A stretch of DNA of 63,888 bases, filler included, from Trichosphaerium sp. ATCC 40318 (Eukaryota > Protista > Tubulinea), in NCBI GenBank assembly GCA_038496445.1. It is 3 parts of 3 records of this genome, joined end to end, with 100 filler letters (N's around TTAATTAATTAA, not from the genome) between each part and the next. Parts side by side here need not be neighbours in the genome. Positions count along the whole stretch, not along the records: positions 24,602 to 55,776 come from JALMLS010000180.1; 2 more parts are not named here. One strand, 5' to 3'. The position numbers and the translations under genes are program-made. Under the pieces are notes generated by a model. That model ran no database searches, was not told where the DNA came from, and saw only the letters and a program-made list of their open reading frames with translations. The first letter of the stretch is position 1; every line of letters begins with the position of its first letter. This document shows, piece by piece, positions 42,806-53,605 of this stretch.

Positions 42806-43049
42806 GTAAACAAACTGTTTATTCGAGTGGCTAAATATTATGATTATTCAATTTTTCTGCTAGTACACCAGAAAGCAAATGGACTTATACGCATGAGCAT
42901 AATATGAAAAAAAAGGAGATAATATTTACTAACTTTTACTAGAAATATGAACACTCAGTTAGTTTGGTATCTATTATTACCAGCGTAAAATCCAACATAC
43001 ATTGGATAAATAAGAACAAAGAAGAATAGAGTACTGCTTTGTTCTCATT

Positions 43050-44066
43050 TCAGTTTGTTGTCATTCCCTTTGCAATACAAACACCATCCTTGTATACTGA
43101 TCTTTCTTCCAAGGTTCCATCTTCAAACCATAACAAAAACTCGCCATCAGGCTTACCGTCGCTATAGTACTCACAAGATTGCATCTGGCCTGTTTCATAG
43201 TAGCTCTTTGTCTCACCATGTATCTTACCATTGCGATAATTAAGGACAGAATCAAGTTGTCCATTTTTAAACCATATTTTATTCTCACCAGATTGTTTAC
43301 CAGTTTCTTCATCATAAAGACTAACCTCACGTATTTGACCGTTCGAGTACCAAAAAGTATGTTTGGACATCTTTCCTGGTTGTTTGTAAACATACAAAGA
43401 CTTCAACTCTCCATTTTTATGCCACGTTTTTTTCTCTCCAATGATCTTACCGTGTTCCATAAACATCTGACTGTGCAGCTTGCCATTTTCGTGAAACGTA
43501 CTGACTTTACCATTTACTTTATTGTCCTTGTATGTCTTCTCCTCACGCAACTGACCGAGCCTGTTCCATGACTTGTAAGCACCTTCAAGTACACCCATCT
43601 GATAGGTTACAAGCCATTTGAGTTGTCCTTCTTCATACCACTGTCTTTTGGTACCATGTAGTGTACCATCAACATACTTAGTTTCTTCTTGTATTTTACC
43701 ATTCTTGTACCATTTTGTTGATGTTCCTTGAAGTTTCTTATTCGAAAAAAATTGTTGCATCATAAGTACACCGTTTGTATACCATCTCTTCCAGTCACCA
43801 TCCCAACCACCGTCTTTATAATGTACTTTCTGTGACATTTGACCATCATCAAACCATCCAATTTTGTATCCATTTTCTACTCCATTTTCAAATTCAATTT
43901 GCCATTTTTTTTTCCCACGATAGAATTTAATAAATAGTCCATGTTTTTCTAGTTTGTCGTTGAAGCGACTTGTGATGGCGGCTTTCTTGCATAGTAAAGG
44001 CCATTTCAACCACACTTCAGTGTCAGTATCGCATATTGATAGGTGTAGCTCTACAGGAATAGCCAT
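43050..44066 (-). CDS. F-box-like N-terminus + MORN-variant (MORN_2/YwqK-like) repeat protein, intronless
   Basis: MAIPVELHLSIC..VWLKWPLLCK followed by about 12 24-aa repeats G..K.WY.NG.L....Y.DG. Confidence 0.85.
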   Translation of the reverse strand: MAIPVELHLSICDTDTEVWLKWPLLCKKAAITSRFNDKLEKHGLFIKFYRGKKKWQIEFENGVENGYKIGWFDDGQMSQKVHYKDGGWDGDWKRWYTNGVLMMQQFFSNKKLQGTSTKWYKNGKIQEETKYVDGTLHGTKRQWYEEGQLKWLVTYQMGVLEGAYKSWNRLGQLREEKTYKDNKVNGKVSTFHENGKLHSQMFMEHGKIIGEKKTWHKNGELKSLYVYKQPGKMSKHTFWYSNGQIREVSLYDEETGKQSGENKIWFKNGQLDSVLNYRNGKIHGETKSYYETGQMQSCEYYSDGKPDGEFLLWFEDGTLEERSVYKDGVCIAKGMTTN

Positions 44067-44426
44067 AAGATAGTTTTCGGTTGAAACAGGTTGTTTGCGT
44101 ATTAAATTGCCAATTACATCAAGAGCGCTTTCATAGACACTCTACGGAACGTAAGTAAGTCGGCTATTGTTTAAAACTGTTACCATTGTACTCAATTTAT
44201 CTGAATGTGACTGTAAATAGAGTATTTGTGAGTTATGTGTAAAGGCGTGAGAGACAACGTGTTTATGGCTTTTAAGAAAGACCTTGACTGAGGCATTTCC
44301 GCTAAAATTCGCAGAACACAAGTCTTGTTTATCTTCCTTCTATTTTCTTAAATTAGTAAGTTACTATGTATATCACTGCTATATTGTTACACATCGCATA
44401 TGGGAACTAGAATAGAAGTAAGGCAT

Positions 44427-45262
44427 TATTGTCTGTTTCATTCAAGTCTTACTATTATTTTCTAGAAAGTGAGTTTTTAACACTTTTAGCAGATCTAGCA
44501 AGGTCTGACGCTTCTGTCAAATGGTGTAGATCTATGACAATGTGAACTATTTGTGTTACAATGTTGTCCTTCATTGTATGACTTAGGTACCTTCGGTAAG
44601 TGATAGCAAAATTTTCAATGTAAGTTTCAACAGACCATGGAAGATGATCGCAGCATTTTACCTACGCAAACTGTGCGCGGTACGATCAAACCACAGAAGT
44701 TTTCAATGCGCTAAAAGCGAATTAAAAAGGTATGATGTCCACAAAGCTATCACATGTCCGCCAAACACGGTATGAATGCCTCAAACACTGTTTGTCATGT
44801 TCTGATAAAAAAAATCAACGTGTATGATTTACTAGCGCTACGCTGGCCTACCCCACGCTAACAAAAGCGCTATTGCAGTATCCAAATAGCAATACAGGTG
44901 TAGTAGCTTTAAAACCTCCCCAAAACACCAGCGTTGCTGCTTTGTAAACGCCGCCAGGCGTCAAATATGTACATAAAATTGTTTGCTATGGGTTTGTTAA
45001 ATCACGTCAGTGATTTTTTACGAGCAGTACATTTACAAAAATAAAGCTAAAACAGCTTTATCCGTTTCATTTTTTTTTCAAATGTAGTACGTGCCGATTT
45101 GAAACGGTTGGATTCACTCGACAGGCGTGAGGGTGCTCACATTTAAAAAATGACAATTTGCAAGATCTGTCAGAAGTGTCAAATCCGTCAGATCTGACAG
45201 ATCGGGCAGAAACTGGATTTTTGCTAAAAGTCAGTCTCAAAACTTGAATGAAACAGACAATA
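44427..45262. mobile_element. MITE family A copy (same orientation as the 42055 copy)
   Basis: Same TIRs and collinear interior with 42055-42805, plus about 85 bp extra (45009-45092) bounded by ACGT. Confidence 0.9.
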
Positions 45263-45319
45263 CACGTCATGTGATCCAAAAAATGGACAGATGAGTTTGG
45301 TAGTTAATTCGTGCTTGAT

Positions 45320-45560
45320 AAGCGAGAAGGAAGCGAAGGACATCAACACTAAAATTGATGTCTATGAGACATGGTTTGCAAACGGTCAGTTGAGATGTTG
45401 TAGGAATTTAGTAAACAAAACTTAATAGAGGTGAGAGTGGTAAAAGAACAAAGGTGTATAATTATATGCATGGTAGACTACAAGGAGAACAGAAGCTGTT
45501 GCATGATAACCGACAATTGGCTTTAACGTTATTATCATAGATGGCAAAAAGCGTAGTAAG
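45320..45560 (+). pseudogene. Decayed MORN-variant relic
   Basis: YETWFANGQLRCCRNLVNK-like fragment among stop codons. Confidence 0.4.
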
Positions 45561-45856
45561 CCTAAATGGGTTCGTGATGGCCGAAAACAATACTCATAGC
45601 ATGATCATTTGTGCTGACATGTAGATTGCTGTAAAGCAAGAAGTTCATTTTTTCTTTTCACTAATACCATCTATGTATTTCATTAAAGTCCCTTTTGTTA
45701 CTCAAAGCGTTGACACATTAGTGTTTGTATGACATTAATGAAATGCATGGATAAGAATTCAGTGGGTCCCTCATAAAACATATGCAAGGGCGATTGTGAT
45801 GTTGGTAGGAATAAACTTAAAATTAAAACATGAGGAAAACGTTTTATTGGTGTACA

Positions 45857-46300
45857 TCAAACATACTCAATAGCCCAAGTACTATCGAGTGTATCTCCAT
45901 TGTTTGGCTCAAGAAAAACCCGTTGAGCGTGGCTAGCACCAGGTCCCCCATCAAGCGCATGTCCTGAACGAGTAATACGCTTGTTTATCCCCCAGCCTGT
46001 GTTTTCTAGGGTGAACCTTTGTCTGTTGTTTAATGAATCGCACCAAGCTAGCTTTACAATTTGCCCAGGTGTTGCTTCCATACACCTCCCTGAGGCGACA
46101 TGTTCAAACCTGAAGTAGGTTCCCCAGCTTTGCATATCCCACACTGTTGGTCCGTAAAAGCTTGGCATCAAGTGTACATAGTTTGAGTTTGGAAACGATG
46201 ATAGAGCAAACGTGGTTCGAAATTTTATAATCTTGACATTAGCCGAAGCACAGAGGGTAACAAGACATAAGATACATAGAAGAAGAGAAGCTGTTTGCAT
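45857..46300 (-). CDS. Secreted ricin-B-like (beta-trefoil) lectin, subfamily A
   Basis: Signal peptide; SGRCMEA..GQIVKLAWCD..RQRFTL..ALDG..W; intronless. Confidence 0.75.
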   Translation of the reverse strand: MQTASLLLCILCLVTLCASANVKIIKFRTTFALSSFPNSNYVHLMPSFYGPTVWDMQSWGTYFRFEHVASGRCMEATPGQIVKLAWCDSLNNRQRFTLENTGWGINKRITRSGHALDGGPGASHAQRVFLEPNNGDTLDSTWAIEYV

Positions 46301-46434
46301 CGTGTTGAGTGAGGGTTTTGGTCTTTATTGATTTATTGTGAAAATGTACGTTCAAAAATTGGTAGCTTGTGTTCTTGTTTTCTTGCGTTCTGTGTTCAAT
46401 GTGATTGAATACTTCAATCCAATGAGTTTGCTAA

Positions 46435-47265
46435 ATAGACATGCAACGTAGCGTTTCGCCTAACTATCATATTTTCGGACTTTATCTGAATAGATACCCG
46501 ACGTTGTCAATGTGATTGGATTTCAGGTTCATCGCTCGACGTAAACCAAGTCATAGATTTTGTATCGTAGTGCTCAGTACAGCAAGAAATAACTCCAAAT
46601 AAGAAACCATTTTGTGAATACTTTTCAGCTGGCGACGTTTCGAAACCGCGAAAAACGGTTTACAATCACGTGTTTCTAAAAAACCATTAAAAATCAACAT
46701 GTTGTTAAAACGTGATTCTAAAATAACGCGAACTATAGATCAATTGGTCAAATATCGTGGTAAAACAAAGCGTTTAGCTAACAATCAGCGAGTATCTTCA
46801 AAACCTAGTTCGGTTTTTTCCAGCGCACAAGACAGCACCATCCATTGAATCTTTTTTAAATTGTTCCCTGGATGAAGTTTGCTCTTTTAGCCAGAAGTGT
46901 TAACAAAACCTATTTTTATTTCGGAGGTACAAATCAGTACACCCTCGAATAATACAAATCTGTCCTACTTGGTGTTGGCAGCGTTTGTGTGTACGGTAGA
47001 AGATGTAAGGTGAAGATGGTATTTGGTTTGTTACCAACACAAGAATCATGTTTTAACAATGTGTTGATATTTTAATGGTTTTTTAGAAACACGTGATTGT
47101 AAACCGTTTTTCGCGGTTTCAAACGTCGCCAGCTGAAAAGTATTCACAAAATGGTTTTCTTGTTTGGCGTAGTTCCTAGCAAGCTGTACCACGTGCAAAG
47201 CTTTGTCGGGTATCGTTTCAGATAAGTCCGAAAATACAATTAGGCGAAAATACAACGTTGCAGGT
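46435..47265. repeat. Inverted repeat between divergent lectin genes (46435-46719 vs 47042-47265)
   Basis: AAGAAACCATTTTGTGAATACTTTTCAGCTGGCGACGTTT... at 46601 is reverse-complemented at 47042-47161; outer arms also match with indels. Confidence 0.85.
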
Positions 47266-47582
47266 GTTTGTTTAAGCTAAACAACTACGTCAAATTATTC
47301 GATAGGCGTAATGTGAACAAGGGTAATATCAATTAGGTTTCGCAGTATTTTGATAAGAAACTACGCGAGCCTACTGTCATTGTCTCAGAAGACCAAATAA
47401 AGCTAAAGCCTTTTATCACCACACTAGCATTTTAAATCATGCTGTACAACATAAATAACAGCAAAATACCATTGCTCATGGTGGCATCATCGATTACACG
47501 ATAAATACGGTCACATTAACAATCAAACGAAATCACTTGTGTTTTTTTTTCTCAAAATAAAAAGAACAAAACCTGATTCAAC

Positions 47583-48035
47583 ATGATGCGAACAGCTTCT
47601 CTTCTTCTATTTATATTATGCCTTGTTACCTTATGTACTTCGGCCAGAGTTAAGATTATTAAAATAGGCACCACGTTTGCTCTATCGTCTCTTCCAAACT
47701 CAAATCATGTTTTTTTGATGCCAACCTTTTACATTCCAACAGTGTGGGATATGCAAAGAGTGCCAAACACCAATCTCTTCAAGTTTGTAAATATCGAAAC
47801 AAGGTACTGTATGGAAGTAGCTCCAAACCAAGTTGTATTTCTGGCTCTTTGCGATGTATCAAAGAGCGCTCAAAGGTTCTCGCTTATAGATACTCGCTTT
47901 GGTGGTAAGCGTATTACTAATCTAAACTACGTAATTGATGGTGGACGCGGAGCTAGTCACGCTGAGCGCGTTTATCTAAAGCGATACTGGGGTAGAGATA
48001 ATATTGATATCACTTGGATAATTGATTATCTTTGA
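47583..48035 (+). CDS. Secreted ricin-B-like lectin, subfamily B
   Basis: Paralog of the 45857 gene: TRYCMEV..VFLALCD..QRFSL. Confidence 0.75.
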   Translation: MMRTASLLLFILCLVTLCTSARVKIIKIGTTFALSSLPNSNHVFLMPTFYIPTVWDMQRVPNTNLFKFVNIETRYCMEVAPNQVVFLALCDVSKSAQRFSLIDTRFGGKRITNLNYVIDGGRGASHAERVYLKRYWGRDNIDITWIIDYL

Positions 48036-48823
48036 TGTACAACAATAAAACCATTCCCTTAGTATTTTAATATAAATTGTGTAGACTTCATTCTTGATAC
48101 CCTGTGGTTTTATTGTTGCATGTGACTGCACGTTGCAGGTTTACTTGTTGTTCATCTGTTCATCGTGTTAAAGTTGTATTACTAAAGCGTTGGTTGTATA
48201 GCAGCAATAATCAAGTAAACTGGCTCGCCAGGTCATGATAGTTCTGAATATACAGTGTTGTCCACATCTTGTTTTGTTTATAGCAAGTAGGCTATCTTAC
48301 ACAGCAATACAAGCAATGTAATATGGTAACAATCCAAATACCATTTTCCTAGCTGCATATTCAACATCATGGTATGTACTCAGGAACAGAAACGGCAACA
48401 ATGAGTTAGCACGTGATAAAATAAGTACGGCCTTGAACCCCAAAACCAAAATTGGTTTTATGTTAACACTTTTTTTTTCATGGACTGATGTAAACTGTAC
48501 AGCGGTGCATGTAACACAACTAAATGTATTGTTGTTTTTAAACTGTGTACTGGCAAAACCAACTTGGTTTACATGATATCAGGTTCATTGTTTCTATGAT
48601 TTGAAATCCAATCACATTGACAACGTCGGGTATCTATTCAGATAAATTCCGAAAATATGATAGTTAGGCGAAACGCTACGTTGCATGTCTATTTAGCAAA
48701 CTCATTGGATTGAAGTATTCAATCACATTGAACACAGAACGCAAGATAACAAAAACACAAGCTAACAATTGTGTTTTTTTGGTCAAAGCACAAAAAAAGC
48801 GAATAAAACCCTGACTCAACACA

Positions 48824-49276
48824 ATGCGAACAGCTTCTCTTCTTCTGTGTATCTTATGTATTGTTGCCCTCTGTGCTTCGGCTCATGTCAAGATTATAAA
48901 ATACCAAACCACGTTTGCTCTATCATCGTTTCCAAACTCGGATTATGTACACTTGATGCCAACCTTCTACGGACCAACAGTGTGGGATATACAAAGCTGG
49001 GGCAGCGGAGGATGGATCAGGTTTGTACATGTCGCCTCAGGGGACTGCATGGAAGCAGTACATGGGCAAATTGTAAAGCTGGCTCTTTGTGATATATTGA
49101 GCTATAAACAGAGGTTCACACTTGAACAAAGCGGGTATGGGGCAAGCTATGGTCGTATTGCTCGTCTGGGATACGCACTAGATGCAAGACCTGGAGCTAT
49201 CCACGCTCAGCGCGTTTTTCTTGATCCAAACAACGGAGATACAGTCGATAGCACTTGGAAAATTGTTTATCTTTAA
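48824..49276 (+). CDS. Secreted ricin-B-like lectin, subfamily A
   Basis: SGDCMEAVHGQIVKLALCD..KQRFTL; upstream 48597-48765 is the reverse complement of 46366-46530. Confidence 0.75.
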   Translation: MRTASLLLCILCIVALCASAHVKIIKYQTTFALSSFPNSDYVHLMPTFYGPTVWDIQSWGSGGWIRFVHVASGDCMEAVHGQIVKLALCDILSYKQRFTLEQSGYGASYGRIARLGYALDARPGAIHAQRVFLDPNNGDTVDSTWKIVYL

Positions 49277-49900
49277 GGGTGGAGTCCTATATTGACAAAA
49301 ACTGTTTTTTTAACCTGATTTTTTGTTACCACATTAAACCGTATGACCTTAACGCCTACGCGATTTAACAGACACGTGCTTTTTTCACATAGCTTCCAAA
49401 TTAAGCAGTAACCATTTTTTTCATTACTTGTATGAAAAATTATTCATGTTCATTTCATCACAGCACGTGGCACCCATCTATGAATTTTATGAGCTGTGCA
49501 GTTTTTGGAGAAAAAAACTAATTTTTAAGTGTTATTTTTTGGTTTTTTTGTGTATCAAAAACTTGTATTTTTTTTTTGTGTGTTTACCGTAAACATTATT
49601 TGTTATTTTTAGATGTTTTTTTCAAAATTCTATGTTGTGTGTTGTGCAATAACTTTTTAAACCACACTATATCATTTAAGACTGTAAATACGTGTTTTGT
49701 GGAAGTTTATAGCGGAATTGAAGAGGGGTTAGCTGAGCGTGAAAAGTCGCTTAATTTAGGTAAAAAACGCAATTCCATTTATTGGAAAAAATTTTTAGCG
49801 CTACCTAAAGGGTATAACTGGGCGTGCTGAGTACTCACAGTAAATTATAGCCAAATCTGTGAGGGGTTAATCGATATTGAGACATTATAGGACTCCACCC
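49277..49900. mobile_element. Non-autonomous TIR element with TTAA target-site duplication (Kolobok-like termini)
   Basis: TTAA|GGGTGGAGTCCTATA ... TATAGGACTCCACCC|TTAA; perfect 15-bp TIR; RR..YY ends. Confidence 0.88.
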
Positions 49901-50285
49901 TTAATGTACACCAATAAAAACCCAAAACAGGTTTATGGTAACGGGACTCATTTTTTTTTCGTGCACAGATAGCTTTAGACGCATGTAACATGCCTTGGAT
50001 CATTACGTAAGGTGAACAAGGGTGATATCAATTAGGTTTTGCAGTATTTTTATCAGAAAACTATGCGAGGTTATTATCATTGTCTCAGCAGACCAAATAA
50101 AGCTAAAGCCTTTTATCGCCACACTAGCATTTTAAATCATGCTGTACAACATAAATAACAGCAAAATACAATTGCTTATGATGGCATCATCGATTCAACG
50201 ATAAACCGAATCACATTGACAACACAGAACGAGAGATCACTTGTTTTTTTTTTCTCAAAATAAAAAGAACAAAACCTGATTCAAC

Positions 50286-50738
50286 ATGATGCGAACAGCT
50301 TCTCTTCTTCTATTTGTATTATGCCTTGTTACCTTATGTACTTCGGTCAGAGTTAAGCTTAAAAAGATAGGCACTAATTACGCTCTATCAGCTATAACGA
50401 ATTCGGACTATATTTATTTGATGCCAACCTTTTACATTCCAACAGATTGGTGGATGCGAGACTATGGTACATACGTGAAGTTTGAAAATATTCACGCAAA
50501 AAAGTGTATGGAGGCATCGTTTGTACTACAACGTGTTATTCTGGGAGATTGCGATGATTATAACTTTCGCCAAAGGTTCGCACTTGATGATAGCCGTTGG
50601 GGTGAGCAATATAAGCGTATTAATCATGTGTACAACTATGTTGATACAGGACCTGGAGCTAGGCAAGCTCAACAGGTTTATCTAAAGCGGAACAGAGTTC
50701 ACACAGCCGATAACACTTTTGAAATTGTATACGTTTGA
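50286..50738 (+). CDS. Secreted ricin-B-like lectin, subfamily B
   Basis: KKCMEAS..VILGDCD..RQRFAL; upstream 50010-50285 is a direct copy of about 47310-47582. Confidence 0.75.
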   Translation: MMRTASLLLFVLCLVTLCTSVRVKLKKIGTNYALSAITNSDYIYLMPTFYIPTDWWMRDYGTYVKFENIHAKKCMEASFVLQRVILGDCDDYNFRQRFALDDSRWGEQYKRINHVYNYVDTGPGARQAQQVYLKRNRVHTADNTFEIVYV

Positions 50739-51002
50739 TTTGTACCAATAAACATCGACTATGAATCACGTGATACGAAAAAAATTATGAACAAGTACAA
50801 ATTCTGTAGTTGCGTAGTGAAACTTTGTTGTAGAGCTAGTGGAGTTTAAGTCAGAGGTCTTACTTTTCCGGCTACAAACCGGTTAACCGTTTAGGTTCTG
50901 AAAGCCGGTTAACCTCTACTTCTTAGCAACTATGATTCATAGTGAAATATTGTGCTTTACATCGTTGGACACGGCGAACTGTATGATAAAATGACACACA
51001 AC

Positions 51003-52963
51003 TTACACTTGTTCAATATTCGGTGAAAAACGGTCTTCTAATTTGTTGCTTGTAATACCGCAAAGGCTAAAATCATTCTTCAGGCTAATTACTGTTAGTA
51101 GACTTTCCCATGTTGGTTTACAATGATATTGTGTATTCGTGTACTTTGCCCTCAGTTGTAAACCCTTTGAAACTAAGGTTGATAGTATGAACGGTTGAAA
51201 ATGATGTGATACCTTCATGTTTATGGTGTCTATGGATAAGACCACCAGCAAGGGATCTAATAGCTTCAAATTGTACAGTACATTTATTTAATACTCAACT
51301 TGCAAGGTACATGACCGCCTGTTTTCAGGGTACATACGGTTTTATACACCCAGATAAAGCGTGTTCACTGAGTTTTTCGCATACAGAAGCTTGGCTATTT
51401 TTAGAAAACCGTTCATGTCGCGGATCACTACAAAGAAAAAATTATTTTACAAGAAACAATTCAGCCTTCTGTACGTTGTAAACCTTACTCCTAGTTCCAA
51501 AATACCATCATCATCGTTTAGAGCGCCACTTAATCTTCCGATAGACCGCCCAAGCTGACGTCTAGTATATGTAGGAGTGCTGTAGTTTGTTGTTGACTAT
51601 TTTGTTAGTAGGCAGTCAAGTTATTTAATCACCAGACTTACCGCAGTGTTGCAATATTGTCCACCAACTACAATAAATTCGGCACAATTATGAAACAGCA
51701 CTGAGACTGTTGTGGTGCCACAACATTGAGGTATTGCATTGATTTTTGGGAACGTATTCCAAGGACTTATACTGCATTCTGGAGACTCACGCTCATTGTT
51801 CCATTCCACATGGCCTTGGTAGAAAGTTATTTTACAAAAAAGAGGCTTGGTAGATACCAGTTGTTGTGTAGATCAAAGCGTTTTCTATGGTCACGTGCGC
51901 GTTCTACAAGAAAAATGAGCTTTTTTGGTTTTTCATTTCAAGAACCGTTTACCACGTCAGATTCAAAGAACACGTTTATACCCATTACCACTAAATTATA
52001 ATCAAACAGCTTAAGATATACAAGTGGTTACATACCATCTGCAATGTAGCCTGCAGTTTTTTCAACATTTCCTCCACTTGCTCGGTAGTATGCTACGGTT
52101 ATAGCTACACTCTTACAGAAAATGAATTGTTATAGTATCGTATAGTACGTACAATAGTAATCTCTTGCATTTCTGAGGGACATGTTTCAGGTGGAGGTGA
52201 TAGCGGAAGAGTAGCACCTTCAGGGTAACCTCTTTTTAAGGTTTTTAAGTCTTTGTTTGTTCCTCTACGAAGAACAAGGTGTCAACAACTACTTTCTCAA
52301 ATTATGTACCTGAATACCAAGTGACTATCATTTCCTATCAAAGACTTGTGACGAGGATGCATGAATGACACATGTCTGGTTGTTTCATCAGTATCATACT
52401 AATGTGATGCGAAGGAACGTGGTACCTATCAAGAGCATCAAAGAAGTGCCAATGACCTTGTTCGGATTGCCAGAAGCCAGAGAAAGTACCATCAGAGTAT
52501 TGAGTAACTCGAAAATGTTGATGGTTCTCTCCAATCGCTTTGAACGTGTTTGAAGGTGCATCAATAAAAGTCACATTGTGTTCGTTTTGAATGGTAATCT
52601 ACAACTCATTTCAGTTTTAGTCACGTGATTTGATGGTATTGTAATTGTATCTCCAAATATGATATTACCTTCGTATTCTTTGCGTAGGGAGAGTGTTTAA
52701 TACAGGTGAAGCTCAACGTCTTGTTTGTATTGAAAAAAAGGTCGACGCGATGTTGTTTTGAATTTATTGCCTGATAAGCATCCACGTGCGTAAGAGATAC
52801 TATTTAATGAGAAACTAGCAACGAATCTACGCAAACGTACTTTTTGATATAGCTTCAAATTCATCCATATTGTCCCAAAACTCTTGGCTATAGCCCCACG
52901 TGAACGTGGTAAATATAAAGATACCTGATAAACCCATTTAGTATTCCATTTCATCCAATGCAA
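51003..52963 (-). other. Unidentified intron-containing, possibly degenerate gene
   Basis: Several minus-strand exon-like ORFs (52338-52574, 51621-51809) with splice-like boundaries; no motif recognised. Confidence 0.3.
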
Positions 52964-53605
52964 GGTAAAAGGCCCGCTAGTTGGACATTACGTACCTAAA
53001 GTTACGAGAAGCTTCCACATGGTTGTTAGTAAAATAAAACAAATGTGATCTAACATTAATTTGTAAGGTAGAGTCTCGTTTTATTTAGATAACTGCGCAA
53101 ACTTCGAAATGATATAGTGACAACTCAACGCAAGGACCCAGTATTTCAGAGCTTCTTCGTGTTTGAGGTGCAAAAGAGAATGATATTCTAAGTTGACTCG
53201 GATTCAGACGTTCTTACTGCGTCAACCGAAGTAGTGCACTTAAAAAGAACATTTTTCACTCAAGCAAAGATTCTTACTACGCGGTTAAGGTCTTGCAGAT
53301 TTTCTGCTCGCAACGGTGCCTTTTGCACCAAATAGGTACAGATGTGAGCAAGAACGTTCTGGCTCGCTTGTACATGCTGGGGCATACCAGGAATTCATAC
53401 AAGACAATGACTCGGTTCTGCGTTCTATGAACTTACAAATTTCCCAACACTTGGTCTTTTGTAAACTAAGACTTGTCACCTTGCTACCGGGCAAATTGTA
53501 CATCCCAGTGATATACGCCTCCTTTCGAAGAAATCACGTGATTGCTTAAAACAGTCACTTTAGTCATATTTAGTAGATACTACATTATAAAGCACACTCT
53601 TCTGT

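Noticed and set aside
43179-43571. Antisense and alternate-frame ORFs overlapping repeat genes (also 1474, 15134, 33423, 33575, 60283, 61951)
   Set aside because: Shadow ORFs arising from codon periodicity of the real gene
43050-44066. Bacterial YwqK antitoxin / toxin-antitoxin locus or bacterial contamination
   Set aside because: No adjacent toxin or operon; a paralog has spliceosomal introns; flanks are eukaryotic
50877-50913. Two CCGGTTAACC palindromic motifs
   Set aside because: Too short, with no TSD or other copies seen in the window
51003-52963. Possible ADAM/reprolysin-like protease
   Set aside because: Only vague resemblance; no HExxH zinc motif found
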